DNA of 64,000 nucleotides from assembly GCA_964016885.1 (NCBI GenBank), contig OZ024743.1, positions 29,698,001 through 29,762,000 on the forward strand, in the 5' to 3' direction. Positions 44,147 to 56,219 of the stretch are shown piece after piece. A program made the translations under genes and the position numbers. The stretch's first letter is position 1, and every line of letters starts with the position of its first letter. The notes below the pieces were generated by a model. It made no database searches. It was not told the origin of the DNA and saw only the letters and a program-made list of their open reading frames with translations. The DNA is from Eledone cirrhosa. Lineage: Eukaryota.

Positions 44147-44311
44147 AGAAAGGAAAAAGATTTTTTCAGTAGAAAATGTTGAAGAGACTTTTTTTAGTGA
44201 AATTTCAAAGCATTTATTTACAAAACCGGTTTTGTAAATAAATAAATGTTTTGAAATTTCACTAAAAAAATCTCTTCAACATTTTCTACTGAAAAAATAT
44301 TTTTCCTTTCT
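44147..44311. repeat. ~80-bp-arm palindrome between (TA)n tracts
   Basis: Centre aaaaccggtttt near 44228; arms slightly diverged. Confidence 0.85.
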
Positions 44312-44318
44312 AATCTGT

Positions 44319-44371
<53 letters not shown>

Positions 44372-44409
44372 TATCCTGGGTTCAATATGTATATATTTAT
44401 ATATAATAT

Positions 44410-46400
44410 ATATGTATATGGGATAACAAGTTATCGTTATAGGTAATCCAGTTAGAGGTTGTGAGTGTTCTACGTCGTGGATAGATTTAACGTACGGCTC
44501 TTTTTGACTCAACAAGATGCTTCCATATTTATGCAGCGAGATCACGGTAATTTTTTTGCAGGTTATACTTGGAATAATAATAGTTAAAGAATGAAGATTA
44601 ACATGGTTGGCTGTACAATAAGGGCTTTATTTAAAGTACTGACAATTGTTTCGTTGATCATGTGGGTCTAGAGTTCGCTAATCGCTTGATGTTGCGTTAT
44701 TCGAACTCCAATACATTATTCACCTATGGTCAACACACCAGAGCATGTAGATATGAAAATCATTCACTCGAGGCAAGACTTATATAGAGAAATAGCGTAT
44801 ACTTAAAACAATAACATCAATAATAAAATATCGTGTAATCTAAACAATAACATCAATAATAATACATGTATGGTAAATAGGTAGAGAAGTTACGGATGTA
44901 AAAAGTAAAAGTAAGATTATGTACATAAAAAAGTAAGAAAATGAGAGAATGGAAAATATAAAGAGATAAATAAATAAATAAGTGAGAGCTTGTAAGTACA
45001 TACTCGTAGTTTTTTTAGTAAATGTTCTTATAAGGATTCGTTGGTGGGAAACTAGATTCGAGATGTACATAGATACGTGTAGAGGGTCCGATAAAGGAGA
45101 CAATAAATTAGAGATTAATTGCTGGATGTATGTATGATATTTATGGCCTAGGGATGACGGGACATTTGATAAACGCGTGTTGTAAATGTTTTGCTGATTG
45201 TCCTATCTTAATGGGGTTGATGTTGTTTCAGGGTGAAGGATGAATGAAATGTTCAGAGATTTATGATCCAGTGACAAGTTGGCCGTTTGATAGTTAATAG
45301 CAGTGCGATGGTGTAATTTCTATATGTTAAAATCTAGGTGGTTCAGTACTAATTTTGGGATTGCTGGTTCAATTCATGGTGGTTTAATTTTTGTGAATCT
45401 AGTAGCTGATTTATGTCTACAAAAATAGATCTTTCTATTTTGCTGTTAAGCAGCTTCCCATCGTCTCTTACACTATGTAGTAGTTCCAAATTACAAAGCC
45501 CGCAGTGGGACATACCATTGCTGTAGGCTTTCGCTACCGATAATTTTGAACAGCTGATCTTATATTCTAGGTCTCTGTCCTTAAGCTGCCAGATTTTATT
45601 GGCGAGCGTTGTAGAGTTCTCCAGTGCACGGTTCTTCATGGAGTGTCTGTGGTCGTACCACCTTTTCTTAAACGCCCCAGCCGAGGAACCTATGTAGTGC
45701 CAGGTATAATTGCCTGAATTCACAGTACAACGGTACACCATACTTGAATAAAAGTAATCTATTCTGTAGTGGGCATTTATCCGGTAGGTGGCAATTACAA
45801 TTTGAGGTTTTATTTTATGAAGGTTCATCGTTGCGGTTTTGTAAGTTGTGGGTGGGTTGTGATTTAGGCCTATTAATGTTTTTTTGTGATGTGTTCTGAT
45901 GCGTTTGTGGTTGTGATGTTGTTATGTGTTTGTGTTTTGTATTTGATGCTATGGTGCGTGTTGGTGATTTCTTTAGAGATATTTTTATGGTTGATCTTAC
46001 GTATGTACGATTCTATGTTGGCTGCAGTAGAGTAGGACAGTTTTATAGTTTTTCTATTGAAGTTTTTATGGTATCTGTGTAGTGCAGGGGGCTGCTTAAA
46101 GTATGTATAAGGTAGTTTAGTTTATATAGAGGAGTTGAATATTTGATTGAACCATAGGTACTTTCTATCTCTAGATCTTCTATAGTTTTGGGGGATCCTT
46201 ATATTAGTGTTCTGTTCGGTTATTTTTGGTGCTCGTTGTCTAACTCTATGTTTAGTCCTATGCTTGTTATTTCTATATGAACGGCTAGTGTTGCTGTTGT
46301 TAGGTTTGATATTATTGTCTCTATCTAGTATGTATTCCAGCATCTCTTTATGTCCATCCTTATTTATTGCTATGTTATAATAGTTTGCGTATTTATATAT
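44410..46400 (-). mobile_element. 5'-truncated Hydra-type PLE (thumb end, linker and GIY-YIG)
   Basis: YYNIAINKDGH...KYLWFN...FNRKTIKLSYS...CNCHLPDKCPL...VYRC...HYIGSS...FKKRWYDH...CGLCNLE; frameshifted; HHR at 44636-44746. Confidence 0.85.
44636..44746 (-). ncRNA. Hammerhead with ~80-nt stem II (core decayed)
   Basis: tgct-CTGGTGT-gttgaccat...atgatcaac-GAAAC-AATT-GTC-agta. Confidence 0.6.
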
Positions 46401-46458
46401 ATATATATATATATACATATAATATATGTTTATCCTGGTTTAAATATATATATATATA

Positions 46459-47910
46459 GTATTAGTTATACTATTTATGGTTATGTAAATACAAAACCTT
46501 ATGCAGTTATAAGTATTTTACACACACCCTAAATAGTGGTAGGCAGTAATGTATTACTACCTTATTACCAGTAGGTTAAGTAGCTCAATGTAAAAACATC
46601 AGATGATTTACAGAGCAGTTATATGAAATATAAAAATCAAAGAACTGTTCAAAACATTATTGTGCTTACAGCTGTTTCCTCCAAACCGAGGTTTGGATTC
46701 TTCGGAGCAATTTATTAATGCATGGACAGTTATATGACCTCCTTTTCAGGCGAGAGACATACCGATACATATTCAAACATTGATACATATTCAAACATTG
46801 TGGGTCAACATTCATTACAGAATTTAGAGTGGCAGTACACACTTCGAGATTACATTTATATTAAGAGGTACAATCAAAAATCAAAATACAGGTTAAAATA
46901 CAACATGAAGATAAGCGGTTATATAGTGCAAATGTTATATGTGTGGCACGCATGTGCGTCTTGTTTATATAGTGTGGCAGAGAGATATGTGTGGTAGAGG
47001 CACTTAGGTAGGTAAACAAGAGTGTTAGGTTGGTAGATCTGGTGGCAAATTCTTTATATGATTGATATAGTCTGTGTGTGGAGAAATATTATAAGCATTA
47101 AAAATAGTGCAAGCATTAAAAGTGTTAAAAGTATTGGAGATGCACAGCGCAGGGAAGTCAAGTATTTCATGTACTTCGGCATTTTCATGGTCAGGGAATG
47201 TATTTATCGATTATATGCCCTTCACATAATCCACGACAATCCAGTTAGAGATCGTAGTCTGGTGTTCTTTAGACTACGATCTCTAACTGGATTGTCGTGG
47301 ATTATGTGAAGGGCATATAATCGATAAATACACTCCCCTGACCATGAAAATGCCGAAGTACATGAAATACTTGACTTCCCTGCGCTGTGCATCTCCAATA
47401 CTTTTAACACTTTTAATGCTTGCACTATTTTTAATGCTTATAATATTTCTCCACACACAGACTATATCAATCATATAAAGAATTTGCCACCAGATCTACC
47501 AACCTAACACTCTTGTTTACCTACCTAAGTGCCTCTACCACACATATCTCTCTGCCACACTATATAAACAAGACGCACATGCGTGCCACACATATAACAT
47601 TTGCACTATATAACCGCTTATCTTCATGTTGTATTTTAACCTGTATTTTGATTTTTGATTGTACCTCTTAATATAAATGTAATCTCGAAGTGTGTACTGC
47701 CACTCTAAATTCTGTAATGAATGTTGACCCACAATGTTTGAATATGTATCAATGTTTGAATATGTATCGGTATGTCTCTCGGCTGAAAAGGAGGTCATAT
47801 AACTGTCCATGCATTAATAAATTGCTCCGAAGAATCCAAACCTCGGTTTGGAGGAAACAGCTGTAAGCACAATAATGTTTTGAACAGTTCTTTGATTCTT
47901 ATATTTCATA
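46459..47910. mobile_element. Non-coding HHR element forming a ~640-bp-arm palindrome
   Basis: 46621-47259 vs 47270-47910, near-identical, ~10-nt spacer. Confidence 0.85.
47823..47869 (+). ncRNA. Hammerhead ribozyme (U4C)
   Basis: tgct-CCGAAGA-a-tccaaacc-tc-ggtttgga-g-GAAAC-AGCT-GTA-agca; mirror at 46663-46709. Confidence 0.85.
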
Positions 47911-47943
47911 TATTTCATATTTCATATATTTCATATATTTCAT

Positions 47944-48030
<87 letters not shown>

Positions 48031-48074
48031 AATGAATAATAACAGGTAGACATCATAAAAAGGTAGTTTATTCC

Positions 48075-48746
48075 GTGTGCTTACAAGTGTTTCCACGGTG
48101 GTACTGCAGCCTAGTTCCGCTAGCACCAAACCTTGAAGCATACATAAAAAAACTTAACTTAAGGCAATTAAACAACTCTACAAAACAAAACATTTTAGTA
48201 ACAGATGGGCAGAACGCAATATCTGCCTCCCAACCACTAAATGGGAGACGGGTATTGCACAACCCACCTGTACCGCTATCACAACCTATCCATGGTATAC
48301 CCGCTACCCACAACAAAGCATGTAACTGCCATCTACCTGAAAGATGTCCATTGCAGAATGAATGCCTAAAGTCCAACATTGTTTACCAATGCACGGTTGA
48401 ATCGAACGACCAGAAATGGTATTATATCGGATCTACCACCACATCGTTTAAATCTCGCTGGTACCGTCATCGATTCTCAATCAAACATCCGAATCACCGT
48501 TTTGTGACCACGCTCGCCAACAAGACCTGGCAACTCCGTGAACACAACCAACAGTTCACCTTAAAATGGGATATACTTTCCAGCGCAAATGCATATCGGA
48601 GTGGATTGAAGTACTGCAGGTTATGTAACCTTGAGCTATTTTACATACTAAAATCCAAAAACAAACTACTTAACGATAGAATTGAACGATCATTATACTG
48701 CAACCACAAACTAAAAGCTAAATTCTCTCACTATAAAATAACTTAA
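48075..48746 (+). CDS. Open PLE linker and GIY-YIG endonuclease frame (C-terminus of a truncated RT-EN ORF)
   Basis: CNCHLPERCPL (CxCx5C), NIVYQC, WYYIGS, FKSRWYRH, CRLCNLE, LLNDR, CNH. The first ~16 codons come from the inversion, so the start is not native. Confidence 0.75.
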   Translation: MCLQVFPRWYCSLVPLAPNLEAYIKKLNLRQLNNSTKQNILVTDGQNAISASQPLNGRRVLHNPPVPLSQPIHGIPATHNKACNCHLPERCPLQNECLKSNIVYQCTVESNDQKWYYIGSTTTSFKSRWYRHRFSIKHPNHRFVTTLANKTWQLREHNQQFTLKWDILSSANAYRSGLKYCRLCNLELFYILKSKNKLLNDRIERSLYCNHKLKAKFSHYKIT

Positions 48747-49234
48747 CATTCGAACCCGTAACTACAACACCACTTTCTAGCTAACAACCTTCTCCCCCCC
48801 CCTACAAGACAATACACTGCTTATCACTATACATGGTAACTCAGTACAATTCCTAGATTACTACTACAAAACCAAAAGTTCACTCACCACACATACTTTA
48901 TCTGTCCCCTCTCTACCTATATATCTCTCTCTACATCCATTACACTCTCTCTCTCTCACCTTTGACCTACCTACCTCTCAACATCTATGAACTTGACCTC
49001 TGGGGCAATAAATAATTCCGACCTCAACTATCTACGCATCTCTCCAAAAGTAACCAATAAAACCCCTACCATAACATTTTGATTAGGATATCTACAAGCC
49101 ACTCTCTCCTACTTCTCCAACCCCTGCATATCTTTCCTTCTCTCTCCATCTTCCCTACTTTTCTCTCTTCCTGTTCCACTCTATCTTCCCCAACAACCCC
49201 ACTTAAGGGTTTTTACATTGTATATTTACCATTC

Positions 49235-49346
49235 TGCTCTGAGGAAACAGTGGTCACAGCATTGGATATTCGAGTTCTGCAAATACTTGTGAATTTGCAC
49301 GTAGCGGAACTAGGCTGCAGTACCACCGTGGAAACACTTGTAAGCA
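49235..49346 (+). ncRNA. Hammerhead with ~85-nt stem II, intact core
   Basis: tgct-CTGAGGA-aacagtggt...accaccgtg-GAAAC-actt-GTA-agca, then AATAAA. Confidence 0.8.
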
Positions 49347-49567
49347 CACGGAATAAACTACCTTTTTATGATGTCTACCTGTTATTATTCATTCTTTATA
49401 TACACTCCGGAATACTGAAGGATCAGGAACTAAGTTTCTTGAACAATTCTTCCATAACTCGTAGAGTAACCTCTTACCGTACGTCAACCATATCCAGTGT
49501 AGTAATTAACCATCACTGCATCTTGGATAATCCTATACCTAATATATATATATATATATATATATAT

Positions 49568-50252
49568 AACGGAGGAAATGTGGTAAGGAACCAGGTGGAC
49601 CATAACGCACCAAAGTACTCAATACTTAGGGTAGTGGAGTGGGTAATAGGAACCAGTAAGACCCCGACGGTTGAGCTCAAGCCATTTCGACGGCTAGTTC
49701 TGGACTAAATGAAAATTTATCCTGGTATTTAAATAGCCGAGCTTCTCAAGGGGTAATTCCATATATGGTCTTTCTTTATTTCTTTATTTATTTATTTATC
49801 TAGCCTAACAATAGCTAGAGACTTAGGTCGTAGAACTTGCTTTTATACTTTTTTTTTCTTTACACTTATTCGCTTTTCATCACTCCCAGTATTTTTTCTT
49901 TCATATATATTTTTTACCCCTCATTGTTCTACCTACCGTTCCGACTTCCTCCTCCTCCTCCTCCCCAGTATCTTCTTTGACCTCATTCCCAGCTGTAGCT
50001 GGCACTACCAATGCATGATTGGGTCTACTCCACCCCCTCCCTTTTCTCCTACTGGCAGGTTTAGCTACCATCTCCCCTACTAATTTGCAATCACGGAATT
50101 ACTACTGACTATTGACAATCACTTTGACCATATATGGAATTACCCCTTGAGAAGCTCGGCTATTTAAATACCAGGATAAATTTTCATTTAGTCCAGAATT
50201 AGCCGTCGAAACGGCTTGAGCTCAGCCGTCGGGGTCTTACTGGTTCCTATTA
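49568..50252. mobile_element. Longest family X copy, with inverted HHR-bearing arms
   Basis: 49645-49770 vs 50126-50252 inverted. Confidence 0.85.
50142..50235 (+). ncRNA. Hammerhead, U3-A8 variant with extended stems II and III
   Basis: acccc-TTGAGAA-gctcggcta...tagccgtc-GAAAC-ggcttgagctcagcc-GTC-ggggt; mirror at 49661-49754. Confidence 0.8.
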
Positions 50253-50315
50253 TCTATATATATATATATATATATGAATATCCCGGCTTCAATATGTATA
50301 TATGTATATATATAA

Positions 50316-50489
50316 CAAAGGAATTGTGGTAAGGAACCAGATGGACCATATCGCACCAGAGTACTCAATACTTAGGGTAGTAGAGTGGGAAATAAGAAAA
50401 AGTATGACTCCGACGGCAACGCTCAAGCCGTTTCGACGGAAATAGCAGTCGAAACGGCTTGAGCTCTGCCGCCGCGGTCATACTTTTTC

Positions 50490-50490
<1 letters not shown>
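50316..50490 (-). mobile_element. Family X HHR mini-element, folded back
   Basis: Family X sequence between (TA)n tracts. Confidence 0.8.
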
Positions 50491-50540
<50 letters not shown>

Positions 50541-50574
50541 AAAAAGTATGACCGTGACGGAATATATATATATG

Positions 50575-51058
50575 GAAAGTTATATTTAAAATTGTTGGGT
50601 TACAACTAGTAAATATTTATAACTGATATAAAAGCAGTCTACAAATATTTGGAGTATATTTACAATATTAAATAAATGGAAACTATATTTATAAAACCAT
50701 ATTTATTTCATTATATATATTTCAGGGATATCATATTAACAATATGCTATGCCTTCCTCAGACAAAATACAATATAAACAGTTTTATAGATAAATAGATT
50801 CGACATACCGTAACAACATCGACTTGCATTTGAAGAGGTTGATTTGGCAGTCAAATCAACCTCTTCAAATGCAAGTCGATGTTGTTACGGTATGTCGAAT
50901 CTATTTATCTATAAAACTGTTTATATTGTTTCATACTTATGTTTATATTGTATTTTGTCTGAGGAAGGCATAGCATATTGTTAATATGATATCCCTGAAA
51001 TATATATAATGAAATAAATATGGTTTTATAAATATAGTTTCCATTTATTTAATATTGT
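50575..51058. mobile_element. Fold-back HHR element (family E)
   Basis: Palindrome centred near 50849 with ~190-bp arms; CTGAGGA-aggcatagcatatt-gtt-aatatgatatccct-GAAA-TATATA at 50959-51006. A similar tail occurs at 32482-32520. Confidence 0.7.
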
Positions 51059-53882
51059 ATATATATATATATATGATAAAATGGGGAGAAAAATACTGTT
51101 GGTAGCACATGGATAACATGTAATAAAATAAGTCCCTCATCAGTGATTTGCCGACGATCATAGATATTTCATTGCATTAAAAATCATATACCTCACGTCG
51201 GTGCAATAATAACTAAATTAAGTTATATATATATATATATTCATTTACTAAATAAGACATTACACTCTAACGTTGAAATGCAGACAACTATACCCATCAA
51301 TACACACCACGCGTTACTTTTAATAGATACGACTGCAAGTGAGTTTTGGTAATTTGTATGTATGTATGTCTCCTGGTCGTTGGCGACTAAACTTGCAACC
51401 TCACCAATGTTTCTTGGTGAGGAGGATGACTTTGGATATTCTGCAGGACTAAAAACAAAACCTGTCAAAGGGCAAAGGAGCTCTTAAGAGTCAATGGCGA
51501 TCCAAAATCACCGGGAGAGATGACTCCTTAGCCTTTGTCAAGGCAGAATTCTTGGAGAAGGAAAACTATGATATAACACCTGCAAGCCTGATGGTATCCA
51601 ATGATGTTGACTTGTTCTTCTTTTTGGTAAATATCATCTTGGTTAATTGAGTGGGACTGGCTTTGTGCAGTGCCTTTGCTCACTATAAAATCTTCACGGC
51701 ACAGGCATTGCTTTATATCTGGAGATCTCTCTGCACTTGTCATCACATGGTACCATGGGCCCAGCACTATGTGTCAATAATTGTCGCAAGTGTTGTTTTT
51801 GTACCAGAGTTTTCAAGCCGCTGGCTGGACTAAAAAGTCACACTCGTTCAGCGCATCGGTAGGGGTTCTCCTACATGAATATAAAATAGTGGCCGTACTC
51901 GAAAACGAGTTGGCCGCCACCTTGTATGTATGTATGTATGTATAAATGTACGTATATATGCATGTATTAATGTATGTATGAAAGTATTTATGTATTATGT
52001 ATTTATGTATGTATCTATCTATGTATATATATATTGATGGATGTACCAATGTATGTGTTTGTACCAATGTATGTGTTTGTCCGTGTGTGTCTGTGTATGT
52101 GTGTGTGTATGTGCATGTGTGTGTGTGTGTAATATACATATGACGCCGTGATCCCAATGGCAACAAAAGTCAATTAATCTTAGTAAATCTCTCAGCACTG
52201 CGATAGACGAATGTATTCGTGTTAGCAGAAATGAATCGATTTTAGATAGTTGGGAACTAAATTCAAATACTCACATATATATATATATACATACATATAT
52301 GAAGGAGAGTAATAAAGTGGAAAGAAGGAAATCAAAGCAAATATACCTCTTACCAGCTATAGAATGCGGGGTTAAGGAAATAAATATCAGGTAAGGCACC
52401 AAGTGAACTTACACGTTATTTTGTCGTTTCCATATTTTATATCAGAGATATTTTTAAATATGTTGAGAGGATCAATTGAATGGCCTTGAAGGATAACTGA
52501 TTTTTCTTCGAATTTAAGAATATATAAATTATGTCTCCGTTTAGTAAAATATATCACATATTTCACCTCAAAACAAACTACTTTCCTCTCCTTAATTATA
52601 TTACTCAGTGCGCAAACGGCAAAATACAAGCATAAATTCGTTCCTCCGTTTCAGTTCAACACTTTTTATGTCAAGCCCTGTGGTAGGTTTGTTTGCAACG
52701 GTTTAGAATCATTCTTTTTATTTTGATACGTCCATTCAAACAACCTTCTTGAAGAATAAGTCGAATCGGTGTCTACTCATCATTAAACTTAACATTAAAC
52801 TTTATGACTCAATATATGTTCTTGTTATTTCTAATGATGTAAGATGACCTGAAAGGGTATCAGCAAGTACTTTTGACTTTTATGAATGTCAGTGTTGTTT
52901 GTAGGATTTATCAGAATTTTATTTTTATTCTCATATGTTCCCAGTCTCCCTATCATTTTATTATCTGAATATCAAAGGCTTTGCTTTTGAACAAAAAGAA
53001 ACAGCAAAAAGGAAAGTGAAGGCTTTTATATTAAGATGATTAAATCAAATAAAGTAGAAATAAGTTCATGATTAAAATATTGTGAATTGTTTTATCTACC
53101 TACGCAGATATATTGGGGCATTCGATTAAATACTTCCCCATTGGTTTGGTACACTGACCTCTGAGTTCAAATCAAGTGGGTGCCGCAATTTTCTTTCAGG
53201 TTAAAATTTCCACCAAGACTGGTGGAAATCTTCAAAGTCAGAGAGCATGCTTTTAGCAGCAATTTAGACCGACAGATAGAATCAACAATGGATAGAAAAT
53301 TGGAAATAATGTTTCTTTATTCCGTTGTGGTGATCATCTCCTCTCAGTATTTCCTACTCTCAATATGTATTGTATAAAATCACCCTATTTTCCTATAGTA
53401 CGTATACCTTCTTTTTATTTCGTCATTTATCATCATTGTTCTCCCCACTAGACATGTCGGTAAAGGTTGGTTCCTATAAGCCAATTGCATGAATATCAGA
53501 ATATCCTGTATTCAAAGCAGAAACATGTTGTATAGGATACACTGACGCATCAAATCTCTAAAGTCGGCATTTGTTACAATGCCAGTGATGAGAAAGGTGA
53601 TAAATGAATAATGAAGATAACTGGCTGATAACATGCGATTGCATGAAATATCACAGCAAGGGGAATATAATAAATCCTTGTTGTCTTGATAGATTTAATG
53701 CTTATTTTGTAGATAGCAGCGTATTTTCCGTCTACGATATATATATACATATATATATATATAAGTATATATATATATATATATATATATATCTATATAT
53801 ACATATATTTGAATACATACACTTACATGCATGTAGCCACGCACACACACAATCACATACACATACATAAACACACACACAC

Positions 53883-53928
<46 letters not shown>

Positions 53929-54507
53929 AATATTCTTACTTACTTATTCGTTCTAAACACGGATGTTGATAATTACTCAATCTAATATTCTCTATCAAGG
54001 CAGCAGCCAAAATAAGTGCGGGAGACATGACATCTACAATAGCAATAGAATCATTGGCGGTACCAGCCAACATCTATCACTACCACAACCACCAACGCGA
54101 CCAACATGACCAAACCTACTAATAACAATAACAACAACACGAAAAACAATGACACTGATCTACACAGATTGCATTTACTGCAAAAGAAGACATCAAAATG
54201 AAAGCAACTAAAACAAGTGAAAACAAAAAGAACAAGAAAAAAGGAACCACTACTTCATATATCGAAATCTAACCAGTGAAAAGCAGCAATATGTACTACT
54301 GCATCGATCATTACTTAGTAAGGCAGGTCACATATGGTCACACTACATACTAGAAATAGCAAAGTATCTTCCAAATCATATAAAACAGGCGAAAGCTATA
54401 GTGCACAATAAAGTCATATAAAATACGGACAAACATATTCTTAGATGCATCTGATGTAGAACGATGATGTATGTATATACATTAAGTCCCGGTAACGTAT
54501 ATATATA

Positions 54508-54696
54508 TAACTGTTTCTACTTTAGGCACAAGGCCAGCAATTACCCAGTGCATTACTGGTACTTTATTTTATCGACCCCGTAAGGATGAAAGGCAAAGTA
54601 AACCTCGGCGGGATTTTAACTCAGATCGTAAAGGGACGTAACTATGCTGGAAAGCAGGGCGTCCGACACTCCACCGATACTGCCAATCGACCGCCA
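54508..54696 (-). mobile_element. SINE family 1
   Basis: Full length; flanked by aacgtatatatatataac on both sides. Confidence 0.9.
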
Positions 54697-54860
54697 ACGT
54701 ATATATATATATAACGACAGTCGATCGACAAGATTCCAGACCTCATTCGCTTAACGAATGGGGTGGAGCTCGTCAAATCAGAGCGAGGAAACAATGTTTC
54801 CATTGGTCTTTCCAATTGCTAATACTATCTGTCGGTTGCAAATTCATATATATATATATA

Positions 54861-55941
54861 CACAATATATTGAGAAACACACAGATACATGCGGACACAC
54901 ACATATACATGAATATATCCATATCCATCCTTGAGTTAATGGTGCCAACCTTAACCGATGTTGCTCTATGAATAACTGGGACAAACTAATCCGAATGGAT
55001 TAGACTGAACCAGTATCAGAGCTAAAAGTACATTATGAAGAGAGAAGAAACATTAGATATAATTAGTAATAAGATGTATCATACCTAAACTGCTTCTAGA
55101 TTCCTCGACTACGTAGTTTCGTGGCATAATCAAAAACAATACATCATAGAGATATAGAGCTTTTGTGAGGTCTGCCGACTTATCAAGAGGATACCTCATC
55201 TTACTAGCTTCAGAGAACACGTCTATAAGATGTGAGATAGAATCCCAAAAGGCGGAGGGGGAGTCAGTCACGTGATACAACGGTTAAGAAACAGAGCTAA
55301 GCCCCTTATAACCCTGAAAAAAAATACCACGGAGGCGGAGGGGGTATTTATATCAAGGCAGTAGAAGAGGTGAAGAGGTGGTTAAGGAGGCAGGAAGTAT
55401 GAGTAATGGCAGCTTTCCAGCAGTCACTACACTTCAAAGATTACTCGACCAGGGGGAGTTATAAACAATATATTGAGAAATGCGAACACAGACATATACA
55501 TGAATATATCCACATCCATCCTTGAGTTAATGGTGCCAACCTTAACCGATGTTGCTCTATGAATAACTGGGACAATCAATCCGAATGGATTAGACTGAAC
55601 CAGTATCAGAGCTAAAAGTACATTATGAAGAGAGAAGAAACATTTAGATATAATTAGTAATAAGATGTATCATACCTAAACTGCTTCTTGTATCACGTGA
55701 CTGACTCCCCCTCTGCCTTTTGGGATTCTATCTCACATCTTATAGACGTGTTCTCTGAAGCTAGTAAAATGAAGTATCCTCTTGATAAGTCGGCAGGCCT
55801 CACAAAAGCTCTATATCTCTATGATGTATTGTTTTTTATTATGCCACGAAACTACGTATTCGAGGAATCTAGAAGCAGTTTAGGTATGATACATCTTATT
55901 ACTAATTATATCTAATGTTTCTTCTCTCTTCATAATGTACT
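54861..55941 (-). mobile_element. Tandem plus inverted HHR element (family F)
   Basis: 54863-55097 repeats at 55465-55688; 55688-55941 is an inverted copy of 55027-55280. Confidence 0.8.
55102..55191 (-). ncRNA. Hammerhead, U3-A8 variant with ~60-nt stem II
   Basis: tcctc-TTGATAA-gtcggca...tgccac-GAAAC-TACGTA-GTC-gagga; mirror at 55777-55866. Confidence 0.75.
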
Positions 55942-55962
55942 ATATATATATATATATATATA

Positions 55963-56156
55963 TAGGAACCAGTAAGACCCCGACAGCTGAGCTCAAGCCG
56001 TTTCGACGGCTAATTCTGGACCAGAATTAGCCGTCGAAACGGCTTGAGCTCAGCTGTCGGGGTCTTACTGGTTCCTATTACCCACTCTACTACCTCAAGT
56101 ATTGAGTACTTTGGTGCGTTATGGTCCACCTGGTTCCTTACCACATTTCCTTCGTT
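55963..56156 (+). mobile_element. Family X HHR mini-element, folded back
   Basis: Near-perfect ~58-bp arms centred near 56020. Confidence 0.85.
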
Positions 56157-56219
56157 ATATATATATATATATATATATATGGGTGTGGGTGTGTGTGTGT
56201 GAATAGGCATACACAAAGC

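Larger units (their letters stand above)
48024..49542 (+). mobile_element. Hydra-type PLE, 5'-truncated, with ~100-bp inverted pLTR piece
   Basis: 48024-48123 is the reverse complement of 49301-49400; EN ORF; HHR; flanked by (TA)n. Confidence 0.88.

Noticed and set aside
46722-47810. Duplicated 91-aa ORFs, and the 75-aa pair at 55053/55688
   Set aside because: Mirror products of inverted repeats with no recognisable domain.
51370-51922. Possible coding exon
   Set aside because: No long open frame or recognisable domain; more likely a decayed repeat, which I cannot classify.
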